A stretch of DNA of 64,000 nt, taken from assembly GCA_040218735.1 (NCBI GenBank), contig JAVJQW010000023.1:64001-128000 (forward strand), given 5' to 3'. The stretch is from Deltaproteobacteria bacterium (GTDB taxonomy: Bacteria > Myxococcota > Kuafuiibacteriia > Kuafuiibacteriales > Kuafuiibacteriaceae). This document shows positions 37,973 to 47,428 of the stretch, in pieces (position 1 is the stretch's first letter; each line of letters opens with the position of its first letter). The notes below the pieces were generated by a model. The model was given only the letters and a program-made list of their open reading frames with translations. It was not told where the DNA came from and searched no databases. Position numbers and translations under genes: made by a program.

Positions 37973-38764
37973 ATGGGACGCACCAACCGCTTTCAATTCT
38001 GGCTCAACGGCGACCCGCCCAAGAGCCTCGGCACCACCGCCAACGGTGACGTCGAACGCCCGGCGCACGATCGGTGGATGGCGCGCCCCCTCGACCGCCA
38101 GCTCGAAGACGAGCAGCTCACAGCGCTCGTCCCGGCGATCGTCGAAGGCGACTTCCCCGGCCTGTCGCTCTCCGGCTTCCGGCGCCTCACCTCGGGAGCG
38201 GTCGAAGCCCTCGCGCCGTGCACTCGACTCCGGCACCTCGACCTCTCGGGCACGAAGGTCGACGACGGCGCGGCGCCCGCGCTCGCCGCGCTCGACAACC
38301 TCGCGACACTCACCCTCGCGGGCACACGCGTTGGTCTCGAAACCGCGCGCGCCGTCGCGCGGCTCCCGAAGCTCGAGGCCCTCGACCTCGGCTGGACGCG
38401 CGTCCCCGAGGCCGGGATCGTCGAGCTCGCGGGGTGTTCGTCGCTGACGTCGCTCCGACTCTGCGGCCTCTCGGTGCGCGCCGACGCGATGAAGGTGATC
38501 GCATCGCTCCCCGCGCTCCGTTCGCTCGACCTCCAGGAGGCGCGCTTCGACGACCTCTCCGCGCTCAGCGCGTGCACGCAGCTCGAATCGCTGTCGATCG
38601 GCTACACCAGCGTCGATGACGACGCGGTCGAAGGCCTCGCGAAGCTCACCGGCCTCCGCACGCTCATGGTGCGCGCGACGCGGTTGACCGACGCGGCCTT
38701 GGATCGACTGAGCCGAGCGCTCCCCGCGCTCGGTGCGAAGAACGCGGCGGGGCTCCAGCGCTGA
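37973..38764 (+). CDS. Leucine-rich repeat protein
   Basis: Repeated LxxLxLxxTxV units (LRHLDLSGTKV, LATLTLAGTRV, LEALDLGWTRV...). ATG lies 2 bp after the PKS stop. Confidence 0.88.
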   Translation: MGRTNRFQFWLNGDPPKSLGTTANGDVERPAHDRWMARPLDRQLEDEQLTALVPAIVEGDFPGLSLSGFRRLTSGAVEALAPCTRLRHLDLSGTKVDDGAAPALAALDNLATLTLAGTRVGLETARAVARLPKLEALDLGWTRVPEAGIVELAGCSSLTSLRLCGLSVRADAMKVIASLPALRSLDLQEARFDDLSALSACTQLESLSIGYTSVDDDAVEGLAKLTGLRTLMVRATRLTDAALDRLSRALPALGAKNAAGLQR

Positions 38765-40135
38765 TCAGAACCAAGCGTGGAGTTGAACGAGGGTCTCGTT
38801 GTTGAAGGCCTTCGCGACCTCGTCGTTGAAACGCACCTGCGCGATCACTTCGATCGACGTGAACGGGTGCGCGACGATGCCCACGGTGTATCGATGGATG
38901 TGGTCGTCGGCGTTCGAGATGTCCGGGTCCATCCAGTCGTAGCGCATCTGGAGGAACAGCCCCTCCACCACCAGGAAGTCCACCTCATGGAACGAAGTCA
39001 GCGAGGTCTTCGACCCCGCCGCGTCGTCCGTGGTGTGTCTCAGATCGTACTCACCGAGATAGACGACCGGCGCGACCCCGACGGGTGACCACGGATGCCT
39101 GGCCTCGTGTAAGTTCAGCGCCCAGTTCGCGCCGACCCACAGGTCACTCCTCCCGTCGCGCGACTCGAACATGAACGAACCTCCGGCTTGCCACCACAAG
39201 TCACGATAACCGGCGGTGAGCGCGGTCCCGAAGCCGTTGTCGAAGTCGAGCACGGAGAAGCGCTCCGTCCCCGTCCTCGACCGAGTCACCGGTGGCCCGG
39301 GTATGAACAGCGAGGCGTTTGCGTAGAGGTAGTTGGGATTGAGCCCGACCTCGAACCCGGTGACTTGCCGTTCGTTGTCGAAGGTTTGGTTCTGCCGAAT
39401 GAAGGCCGTGTGATCGTCGAGCCTCCACCCGAACGCCGGGAGGAACTGACCGAGCTTTCCGTAGAGTTGATACGGCAAGTTGTCGAACAGCGCCCAGTAC
39501 TCACGAACGAACGCGCGATCCACGAACCCATCGAACTCTTCGGACCGGCTCCCGAGGAACCCACCGTTGACCAGGAACGTCAGCCGCCCGCCCGTCGGGT
39601 CACCCGGGTTGTACGGTGACGCCGCGAGGTAGAGGTCGGTCTGCATCGGGAAGAACGCGTTATCGGCATCCTCGGGGAAGTAACCCATCACCCGGACGTC
39701 GAAGCCGACCCGGAAGTACGGCGTCGGATCCATGCCCGCGTAGCGCGCGGCGCTCAGCGGACCGGGCGGCTCCGAGTGCGGGGGGACCTCCGCGGTGACG
39801 TCCTCGTCTTCTCCGGGCATCGACGCCGGGCGCGACGACGGCGCGTTCGGCTGCCAGTCGTCCGTCGGACGCGGACCGAACATCGCGAGGATCTCACGCC
39901 CGTAGAAGACACCAGCGGTGTTCCGCATCCCGCCGCCCGTGGGGTTCACGTGGCACGTGCTGCAGTTCAGGCTGCACTTCCGCTCCGGGAGCTCCGGGTT
40001 CTTCCAGTCGAACGGCTCGACGTGGCAGTTGTCGCACTGTCGCGCGGACAGCGCCGCGAACTGGGGCAACGCAAACGCCGTGGACGGAAGCGCGAGCGCG
40101 ACGACGACGAGGAGGAGGGGCAGACGACGAATCAT
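38765..40135 (-). CDS. Diheme c-type cytochrome fused to an outer-membrane beta-barrel (Cyc2-like architecture)
   Basis: Signal peptide, LPQFAA...CDNCH...CSTCHVNPTGGG, amphipathic beta-strands and C-terminal QLHAWF. Confidence 0.75.
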   Translation of the reverse strand: MIRRLPLLLVVVALALPSTAFALPQFAALSARQCDNCHVEPFDWKNPELPERKCSLNCSTCHVNPTGGGMRNTAGVFYGREILAMFGPRPTDDWQPNAPSSRPASMPGEDEDVTAEVPPHSEPPGPLSAARYAGMDPTPYFRVGFDVRVMGYFPEDADNAFFPMQTDLYLAASPYNPGDPTGGRLTFLVNGGFLGSRSEEFDGFVDRAFVREYWALFDNLPYQLYGKLGQFLPAFGWRLDDHTAFIRQNQTFDNERQVTGFEVGLNPNYLYANASLFIPGPPVTRSRTGTERFSVLDFDNGFGTALTAGYRDLWWQAGGSFMFESRDGRSDLWVGANWALNLHEARHPWSPVGVAPVVYLGEYDLRHTTDDAAGSKTSLTSFHEVDFLVVEGLFLQMRYDWMDPDISNADDHIHRYTVGIVAHPFTSIEVIAQVRFNDEVAKAFNNETLVQLHAWF

Positions 40136-40527
40136 GGTGCGTCCTCCGTGATCCGGGGCGCGCCGGCGGCGATCCACGCGCCGAGGATCGCCTTCTCCTC
40201 CGGCGTCAGCGGCGTGACGGACGAGGGGGGCATCGAGCTCGCGTCGACGGCGCGCGCCTGAATGCGATCGAGCTTCTCCAGCGCGCCGTCCAGGCCCCCG
40301 TCGTCGAGGTCGGCGACCGTGTACTTGTCGAGCCGGAACCCGCTCGGCGCGAAGTTCTCCGGCGGGTCGGTGTGGCAGTACGCGCATCGCTGCGCGAGGA
40401 TGCCTTCGACCTCGTTGTCCCAGCTCGGCGCCACCTCGATGGGCTCCGGAGCGCTCCCGAAGCCCGGACACCCCGCGAGCAGCAACATGAAAACGCCGAG
40501 GATCGGCGCGTAGCTCCGCTTCGACAC
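40132..40527 (-). CDS. Monoheme c-type cytochrome lipoprotein
   Basis: LLLAGC lipobox, CAYCH and distal SMPP. Stop overlaps the start of the cytochrome-porin. Confidence 0.82.
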   Translation of the reverse strand: MSKRSYAPILGVFMLLLAGCPGFGSAPEPIEVAPSWDNEVEGILAQRCAYCHTDPPENFAPSGFRLDKYTVADLDDGGLDGALEKLDRIQARAVDASSMPPSSVTPLTPEEKAILGAWIAAGAPRITEDAP

Positions 40528-40611
40528 GTCTCGTCCCCCTACCGTCTATCGGATCCGAACACCAGGCAGAGGGGGTGACGGATGCGTTTGCACGGACCAC
40601 AATCCGGCGCC

Positions 40612-41004
40612 GTGCCCGAGGTCGGTCCCGTCCACCACGTCGCCGTGAAGACGAAGCGCGTCGAAGCGCTCACATCGTTCTACCGGGACGTGCTGGGTCT
40701 CGCGGAGAACACGCGCCACGAGGACGAGCGCGGGCTCCGCAGTGTCTGGCTCGATGCCCACGGCACCACGCTGATGATCGAACGCAGCGACACCGACGGC
40801 CACCGACCGCACTTCGCCGCCGACCCGCCTGGCCTCCACCTCCTCGCGTTCGAGATCCCCGCGGACGCCCATGACGCCTGGCGCGATCACCTCGCGGCCC
40901 ACGAGGTCGCGGTCGTGCATACCAGCCCCTTCACGCTCTACGTTACGGACCCCGACGGGAATCGGATCGGCCTCTCCTCGCACCCGGAGCGGCGACAACC
41001 GTGA
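40612..41004 (+). CDS. VOC/glyoxalase family protein
   Basis: VHHVAVKT...FYRDVLGL, HLLAF, LYVTDPDGNRIGL. Start could be 40582. Confidence 0.88.
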   Translation: MPEVGPVHHVAVKTKRVEALTSFYRDVLGLAENTRHEDERGLRSVWLDAHGTTLMIERSDTDGHRPHFAADPPGLHLLAFEIPADAHDAWRDHLAAHEVAVVHTSPFTLYVTDPDGNRIGLSSHPERRQP

Positions 41005-43286
41005 GCTCGGTCGGCCACCTGCTCGACGCCACGAAACGCACGGCCGTCCGCGCGACGTTCGCCGCCCACGTGATCGTCGCGGTCGTCCTCGCGTTCGTCC
41101 CGCTCTTCGACGCGCTCGGCTTCGAGCGAGCGTTCGTCTCCGGGCTCCTCACGGCGCTGACGAGCCCGATCGTCGCGAGCTCACTGCTACGACGCGCGCG
41201 CGACCGTGGCGGCGAAGACCCGGCGCGGGTGTTCTTCCACGCGCTGCTCGTCAACGCGTTCATGCTGCTCCCCACCGTCGTCGCGGGGTACCTCGTGGAG
41301 TGGGTCGCCCAGCCCTGTGACCCCGAGGAGGGCCTGGCGTTCGTCGTCCTCGTCGCGGGCGGGAACGCCGTGATGGGCACGGCGCTCGGCGTCGCCGGCG
41401 GCGCGCTCGCCTACCGACGCGGCGTTCCCTTCCTCGCGATCACCGCAACCCTACTTGCGTTCCTCTTCGCCGCGCTGTCGCGGCTCTACGATCAACCGCA
41501 GATCTTCGTGTACAGCGCTCCGTTCGGATACTGGCCGGGCTCGATCTACGACGAGGAGCTCGCCGTCGATCCGAGGCTCGTGGGTTTCCGCGTCTACTCC
41601 ACACTCCTCGCCTTCACGATCCTCGCGACGGCCCGGCTCTTCATCGATCGTCGAACCCTCCTCGTCACGACGCAGCGGCTCCCGCTCCTCACGCTGCTCG
41701 GCGCGGTCACGCTGGGTGTGCTGACCTACCGCGCACACGACGCGGGTGATGCGCTCGGGTTCGATCTCGACCGGCGCTCGATCGAGCAACGCCTCTCCCA
41801 CGTGGAACGGACGGAGCACTTCGTCATCCACATCGACCCGACCGTCACGAGCACGCAGGCCCGACTCATTCGCGAGGACCACGAGTTCCGGTACGCGCAG
41901 CTCGAGACGTTCTTCGGCGGCGGGCCCGACGGAAAGATCAAGAGCTTCGTCTACCGCGACACCCAGCAGAAGGCGGCGTTGATGGGCGCGGGGCGGACCC
42001 AAGTGGCGCGGCCGTGGGAGCGCGAGATCCACCTCAACGGGTTCGACTTCCCGCACGGCGTCGTCAAACACGAGCTCGCCCACGTCTTCGCCGGGCGCAT
42101 CGCGAGTGGGCCCTTCAAGGTGCCGACCACCAGCGTCGTCTTCGTGAACATCGGCATCGTGGAGGGCATCGCCGTCGCCGCCGACTGGCGCGTGAACGAG
42201 CTGACCGTGCACGGGTGGACCCGCGCGATGAAGGAGCTCGACCTGCTCCCGGATCTCCGTCGCGGCCTCGACGTCGCCGGGTTCTGGTCGCTGTCGTCCT
42301 CGCGCGCGTACACGGCGGCGGGGTCGTTCGTCCGCTACCTCGTCGACACGTACGGCATGGAGAAGTTCGCGGTGCTCTACCGCGACAACGACTTCGACCG
42401 GGCCTACGGCCGCTCCCTCGACGCGCTCGTCACGGAGTGGGAAGGCTTCGTCGAACAGCTCCCCCTGTCACCCGACGATCTGCTGATCGCGGAGCACCGC
42501 TTTCGACGACCGAGCATCTTCCAGAAGGTCTGCGCGCACCGCGCCGCGAACCTCGCCAGCTCCGGTTACGCGAAGCTCGGCTCGGGCGACGTCGACGGCG
42601 GCATCGAAGATCTGGAAGCGCTCGTGCGCTACGCGCCGGGGAGCACGCGACCGCTCCTCGCGATCAGCGCCGCGCTCGCGACGAAGTCACGTCTCGACGA
42701 GGCCGAAGCCTACGCGCAGCGCGCGCTCGACGCGGAGGGCACCACCGAGAAGTCGCGCGCCCAGGCGAAGGAGACCCTCGGAGCGCTCGCCTGGCGCAGG
42801 GGTCGGATCGAGGACGCGCGCGGGCGGTTCGAAGAGGTCCTCCGCCTCCACCTGTCGACCCCGTCGGATCGACTCCAGGCCGCGCGCCTGCACGCGCTCG
42901 AACGACCGCCCGATGTGCAAGCTGTCTTGCGCGACTACTTGACCCAAGGCCTATCGCCGGCCGCCGCGCTGGTGCGGCTCGGGGCGTTGGTCCGTTTGTA
43001 CCCGGACGACCCTCTGGCGGCGTACCTGTACACCCGCGCGTTGGAGAACGCGGACCTGCACGAGGAGGCGCTGGCGCAGATCGAGTCGGTCGGGCCGGAT
43101 CTCGCGCCGCCCCTCGCGGTCGAAGCGCGGCTGACCCGGGGGCGGCTCTTGTTCGGGACCGGGCGCTTCGAGGCGGCCCAGAGCGCCTTCGATGCGGTCG
43201 CGGCGGACGCCGAGAGCCCCGGCATCGCTCAGATGGCTCGGGACTGGTCCGCGCGCAGTCGGTTCGCCCGGGGGGACCCGGAATAG
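41001..43286 (+). CDS. Multi-TM membrane protein with gluzincin (peptidase MA-like) domain and TPRs
   Basis: About 7 N-terminal TM helices, HELAH plus downstream EGIAV, AYTAAGSFVRYL..YG, TPR-like C-terminus. Confidence 0.8.
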   Translation: MSSVGHLLDATKRTAVRATFAAHVIVAVVLAFVPLFDALGFERAFVSGLLTALTSPIVASSLLRRARDRGGEDPARVFFHALLVNAFMLLPTVVAGYLVEWVAQPCDPEEGLAFVVLVAGGNAVMGTALGVAGGALAYRRGVPFLAITATLLAFLFAALSRLYDQPQIFVYSAPFGYWPGSIYDEELAVDPRLVGFRVYSTLLAFTILATARLFIDRRTLLVTTQRLPLLTLLGAVTLGVLTYRAHDAGDALGFDLDRRSIEQRLSHVERTEHFVIHIDPTVTSTQARLIREDHEFRYAQLETFFGGGPDGKIKSFVYRDTQQKAALMGAGRTQVARPWEREIHLNGFDFPHGVVKHELAHVFAGRIASGPFKVPTTSVVFVNIGIVEGIAVAADWRVNELTVHGWTRAMKELDLLPDLRRGLDVAGFWSLSSSRAYTAAGSFVRYLVDTYGMEKFAVLYRDNDFDRAYGRSLDALVTEWEGFVEQLPLSPDDLLIAEHRFRRPSIFQKVCAHRAANLASSGYAKLGSGDVDGGIEDLEALVRYAPGSTRPLLAISAALATKSRLDEAEAYAQRALDAEGTTEKSRAQAKETLGALAWRRGRIEDARGRFEEVLRLHLSTPSDRLQAARLHALERPPDVQAVLRDYLTQGLSPAAALVRLGALVRLYPDDPLAAYLYTRALENADLHEEALAQIESVGPDLAPPLAVEARLTRGRLLFGTGRFEAAQSAFDAVAADAESPGIAQMARDWSARSRFARGDPE

Positions 43287-43326
43287 AAGTCGACAGGATG
43301 GCGTTTGGGCGTTAGTGGTACCCACG

Positions 43327-43791
43327 ATGAAGCGGTGGTCGATCCTGGCTTCCTTCGCCCTCCTGAGCGCCTGCGCGCACGCGAAGATTCCGCGCACGAA
43401 CATCGACGACACCGAAGCCAACCGCGAGATCATCGCCTTGGTGGAGCGCTACCACGAGGCGCTCGAGTCGCTCGACGCGGACGCCGTGCTCTCGATGGTG
43501 AGCCCGAGGTTCTACGAGGACAACGGCAACACCAACGACGCGGACGACTACGACTACAACGGCCTCAAGATGCAGTTGGTCGAAGACTTCAAGCGGACGC
43601 GCGCGCTGCAGCTCGACGTTCGTGTCGACGCGGTCGAGGTCAAGGAGAGCGAGGCGTACGCCGAGCTGTACTACCGAATCCGCGCGCAGAACGAGTACCC
43701 GTCCGGCGTAAAGTGGGAGACGGGTAGCGACCGCACCCGGCTCCGCTTCGAGCGCGCCGACGGCAAGTGGCTCATCGTCGCCGGCCTCTGA
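43327..43791 (+). CDS. Lipoprotein, NTF2/SnoaL-like fold
   Basis: LLSAC lipobox, YHEALESLD.DAVL, FERADGKWLIV. Confidence 0.8.
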   Translation: MKRWSILASFALLSACAHAKIPRTNIDDTEANREIIALVERYHEALESLDADAVLSMVSPRFYEDNGNTNDADDYDYNGLKMQLVEDFKRTRALQLDVRVDAVEVKESEAYAELYYRIRAQNEYPSGVKWETGSDRTRLRFERADGKWLIVAGL

Positions 43792-43915
43792 AACATCCCA
43801 GTGCGTTTCGTTCGAGTCCGCTCGCGGGCTCGCCGGAGAGCTCCACGTCCTCGCCGCGCACGCCCGCGACGCACACGGGCGCCCTGGGGCGCCGCAGAAG
43901 CTGCGGGCCCCGGTT

Positions 43916-43934
43916 GATTTTGAGAACTACTATC
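43916..43934. promoter_or_regulatory. Putative Fur box
   Basis: GATTTTGAGAACTACTATC matches GATAATGATAATCATTATC at 13/19; AT-rich island about 75 bp upstream of the TonB operon. Confidence 0.65.
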
Positions 43935-44009
43935 AAACTCGTTTACTGAGCAACCCCGATCTCGTTGACTTGGGCCCGGCCGCGCACCCGGCGGGCCACA
44001 CGAGGGATC

Positions 44010-44729
44010 ATGATCATCCAGTTGCTCGCGCTGACGCTTACGATGACTTCCGCACCGGGAGCGGGGCGCCCCGAGGCCGCGCTCGAAGCGCTCCGCGCCG
44101 CCAATACCGTCCGGTCTGAAGACGCCCAAGAAGCCGCGGCCCACCAACGTGAAGCGGCGGAGCTCGAGCTGCTCAGGACAACCCTCGAACAAGAGGCCGA
44201 GCGTCTTCGCTCCGAGCGCCGCCGACGCGCAGAACGAATCGCGACGCTCGAAGCACGCCGGTCCGCGCTCGAACCAAAGCAAGACGGGGCGGGCGCGCTC
44301 CGAAGGCTGCTCATCGCCCAGGCCGAGCGACTCGAAGCGGCGCTGGACCGCATGGCCCGCGCGACCTTTCCCGGCGTCGTCCCCGAGCAGCGACGCGCCG
44401 TCGGCGCCGTCGCACGGTTCGAAGCCGCCTCCGCCCGCCTCGACGCCGCGGAGCGCAACGCGACGCGCGCCGGCGTCGAGATCGCGACTGGTCAGCTCGA
44501 AGGTAACGACCGGTCGGTCGAGCTCCTTCGCCTCGGCGGCGTCGCGGGTTGGTGGCGCGGGCTCGACGGCGACCAGGTCGGCATCGCCAAGATGGTCGAC
44601 GGCCGACTCGTCCTGGGCGTCGTCACGGGACCGGACGCCGAAGCCATTCGCCGCGCGATGACGGTCGCGAAGGGGCGCGCCACGCCTCAGCTCGTGCTGC
44701 TCCCCTTCGACCACGCGAGGACGCCGTGA
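44010..44729 (+). CDS. DUF3450-like (TtpB-like) periplasmic coiled-coil protein
   Basis: Signal peptide, coiled coil, VELLRLGGV.GWW, IRRA...AKGRATPQLVLLP; first gene of the TonB operon. Confidence 0.72.
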   Translation: MIIQLLALTLTMTSAPGAGRPEAALEALRAANTVRSEDAQEAAAHQREAAELELLRTTLEQEAERLRSERRRRAERIATLEARRSALEPKQDGAGALRRLLIAQAERLEAALDRMARATFPGVVPEQRRAVGAVARFEAASARLDAAERNATRAGVEIATGQLEGNDRSVELLRLGGVAGWWRGLDGDQVGIAKMVDGRLVLGVVTGPDAEAIRRAMTVAKGRATPQLVLLPFDHARTP

Positions 44730-45988
44730 TGCGCAGCGCGATGTTGCTCCTCCTGCTCCTCGTCCCCAACCTCGCGACCGCCGACGTGTTCGGCGAAGCC
44801 AAGAAGCGACAGACGGAAGCCGAGCGCCGACTCGCCGCGAACCGCCAGACACGCGCGGACCAACGCGCCGAAACCCAGCGGCGACTGACCGCGGCCTACG
44901 ACGCCATCGCGGAGCAGCGACGCGCCATCGAAGCACTCGAAGCGCGCGAGAAGAACCTCGCGGACGAGCTCGTCGAGCTGGAGCGCAGCGCGACGCGCGC
45001 CGACCGCGAAGCCGCGCGCATCCGACGCGTCCTCGAGATCGCGGCGCGCCGAACGATGGAGGACGAAGCGGACATCGCGGCGGGCCTCGACCAACGGCTC
45101 GGCGCGCTCGAGTCGACACTCGTCTTCAGACGCGAACAGACCGAGGTCATCGATCGTAGCGGCGCGTCGGTCACGGCGACCGTCCTGCGCGCCGGCGGCG
45201 CCGTCTACGCGGTCGGGGCACCCGAGGCGACGGGCCTCGTCACCCAGGAGGGCGGTCGACTCCTCGTCACCGGTCCGGACCTCGACCAAGCCACGCGCGC
45301 TGCGCTGGCGGACGCCGCCGCGGGACGAGGCGCGAAGCTCCCGATCGACTTCGGCGGTTCGATGTCGAAGCGGCGCACCCGCCCGAAGACGATCGCGACC
45401 TGGCTCGAAGACGGCGGCCCGTTCGTCATCCCGATCCTCTTGGTCGGGCTGCTCGGCCTGATGCTCCTCGTCGAGCGCCTGGTCTACCTGTTCGCGCGTC
45501 GCCCGAGCCCAACACTGCTCGGGCGGGTCATCAGCCACCTCGAAGCCGGTCGCGTCGAAGCAGCGCGCGAGGCCGTCGGCACACCGCAGTGCGACCTCGA
45601 CCGTGTCGTCGCCGTCGCCGTGGACGGCTTCGGCCGCGAACGCGCGCAGCGCGAAGCGGACCTGGAGACCGCGCTCCTCGCGGAGGAGCCGCGGCTGGAG
45701 CGCTCGCTCGCGCTCATCGCCGCGACGGCGGCCGTCGCCCCCCTCCTCGGGCTGCTCGGGACGGTGACGGGGATGATCACGACCTTCGAGGTGATCACGG
45801 TCTTCGGCACCGGCAACCCGCGCCTGCTCTCGGGCGGCATCTCGGTCGCGCTGATCACGACGCAGCTCGGGCTCATGGTCGCGATACCGCTCGTGCTGGG
45901 GCACGCGTTCGTGAGTCGTGCGGTCGAGCGACGACAGGCGTTGCTCGAAGAGGCGCGCAGCGCGCTGCTCGGTGAGGACCCGTCGTGA
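44729..45988 (+). CDS. Large MotA/TolQ/ExbB proton channel protein (TtpC-like)
   Basis: Periplasmic N-domain, then GGPFVIPIL and APLLGLLGTVTGMITTF, SGGISVALITTQLGL. Confidence 0.9.
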   Translation: MRSAMLLLLLLVPNLATADVFGEAKKRQTEAERRLAANRQTRADQRAETQRRLTAAYDAIAEQRRAIEALEAREKNLADELVELERSATRADREAARIRRVLEIAARRTMEDEADIAAGLDQRLGALESTLVFRREQTEVIDRSGASVTATVLRAGGAVYAVGAPEATGLVTQEGGRLLVTGPDLDQATRAALADAAAGRGAKLPIDFGGSMSKRRTRPKTIATWLEDGGPFVIPILLVGLLGLMLLVERLVYLFARRPSPTLLGRVISHLEAGRVEAAREAVGTPQCDLDRVVAVAVDGFGRERAQREADLETALLAEEPRLERSLALIAATAAVAPLLGLLGTVTGMITTFEVITVFGTGNPRLLSGGISVALITTQLGLMVAIPLVLGHAFVSRAVERRQALLEEARSALLGEDPS

Positions 45989-46377
45989 TCGATCGCGCCA
46001 TGACCTGGTTCGAGGGGGGCGGCCCGATCATGGTGATGATCCTCGCCGTGGGCCTCGTCCTGTACGCGGTGCTCACGGAGCGAATCTTCGCGCTCTACTT
46101 CGCGACGCCCGAGACCGCCGACGATCGCAGGAAGAGCCTCCTCATCGTCCGCGCCCTCGTCGCCGCGGCGCCGCTCCTCGGGTTGCTCGGCACCGTGTCC
46201 GGGATGATCGACAGCTTCGACGGCCTCGTCGGCGGCGGGCAGATCAACAGCATCGGTCGCGGCATCGGCTACGCGCTGCGCACGACACAGTACGGCCTCG
46301 CGATCGCCGCGCCCGGGGTGATCCTGGAGCGGATCATCTCGCGCCGCAGCGCGCGCCTGGAGGTCGCGGCGCGATGA
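45985..46377 (+). CDS. exbB: Short MotA/TolQ/ExbB protein
   Basis: GGPIM, APLLGLLGTVSGMIDSF, GIGYALRTTQYGL. Confidence 0.85.
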   Translation: MIDRAMTWFEGGGPIMVMILAVGLVLYAVLTERIFALYFATPETADDRRKSLLIVRALVAAAPLLGLLGTVSGMIDSFDGLVGGGQINSIGRGIGYALRTTQYGLAIAAPGVILERIISRRSARLEVAAR

Positions 46378-46784
46378 GACGTGTGCTCGGCGGGAAGAAG
46401 GAGCGCCGCGGCGCCGGGGTCGACATGGCCCCGCTGATCGACATGGTGTTCATCCTCCTGATCTTCTTCATGGTCACGACGAGCTTCGTGCAGGAGACGG
46501 GGGTCGACATCTCGCGCCCCGAGAGCGCGACCGCGACCTCGATCGAGCAGGGCTTCGTCCCCATCACCATCGACGCCTCGGGCGCCGTCCACGTCGCCGG
46601 CCGCGCGATCCCCGCCGACTCCGTGCGCGGCGTCCGCACCGCCCTCGAAGACAGCGGCAAACGCCGCATCGTGATCCAGGCCGACAAGGACGTCCGCACC
46701 CAGCTCCTCCTCACGGTGCTCGACACCTGCAGGATCGCCGGCGCCGAGCAGGTCGACGTCGCAGCCATCCGGGACGGTTCGTGA
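46374..46784 (+). CDS. exbD: Biopolymer transport protein ExbD/TolR
   Basis: DMAPLIDMVFILLIFFMVTTSF and IVIQADK. Confidence 0.94.
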   Translation: MRRVLGGKKERRGAGVDMAPLIDMVFILLIFFMVTTSFVQETGVDISRPESATATSIEQGFVPITIDASGAVHVAGRAIPADSVRGVRTALEDSGKRRIVIQADKDVRTQLLLTVLDTCRIAGAEQVDVAAIRDGS

Positions 46785-47428
46785 TGAAGAGCCTGTTCGC
46801 CGCCGCGCTGAGCGTCGCTCTCAACGGAGGGATCGTCGTCGCACTCGCCAACGCGAGCGGCTCGGCGACGGACCGCGAAGCGCCGCCCCGCCCGGTCACC
46901 CTCTCGACGATCGAGCCCCCGCCGCCACCGCCGCCGCCCGTCGAGCGCGACACTGCGGCCCCCTCCACCGCGATCCCGCTCCCGACCGCCGGGAAGCCGC
47001 CGCCGCTGGAGCTGCCGCCGATGGCGTCGGGCTCCGAAGGCATCGCGCTCGAGATGGCGAGCGGCGCTCAGTTCGACTGGGGGATGGGGTTCGAGCTCCC
47101 GAAGTACTCGGCGGAGGCCCTCGCGGCGGAGTCCGAAGGCGACCTCGGCCGCGAGCCCCCCGTCGCCGTGTTCCAGCCGGATCTGGAGCGTCACTACCCG
47201 CGCAACGCGATGCAGGCCCGGGTCGAAGGGCGCACGGTGGTGCAGATGAAGATCGACGCGCGCGGGCGCGTCACCCAGGTCATCGTCCTGAAGAGCGAGC
47301 CGAAGGGTGTCTTCGAACGCGCCGCCGCGAGCGCCGCACGTGAGATTCGCTTCCAGCCCGCGAAGAAGAACGGCCGACCGATCGTATCGAGGGTGAAGTT
47401 GGAGTTTGTGTGGACACTCGACAAGTGA
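46781..47428 (+). CDS. tonB: Energy transducer TonB
   Basis: N-terminal TM, Pro-rich spacer, YPRNAMQARVEGRTVV, FERAA...IRFQPA. Confidence 0.9.
   Translation: MMKSLFAAALSVALNGGIVVALANASGSATDREAPPRPVTLSTIEPPPPPPPPVERDTAAPSTAIPLPTAGKPPPLELPPMASGSEGIALEMASGAQFDWGMGFELPKYSAEALAAESEGDLGREPPVAVFQPDLERHYPRNAMQARVEGRTVVQMKIDARGRVTQVIVLKSEPKGVFERAAASAAREIRFQPAKKNGRPIVSRVKLEFVWTLDK

Noticed and set aside
43792-43915. Cobalamin or other riboswitch upstream of the TonB operon
   Set aside because: Only GC hairpins (e.g. GGGGC-GCCGCAG..CTGCGG-GCCCC); no B12-box or other conserved aptamer motifs seen.
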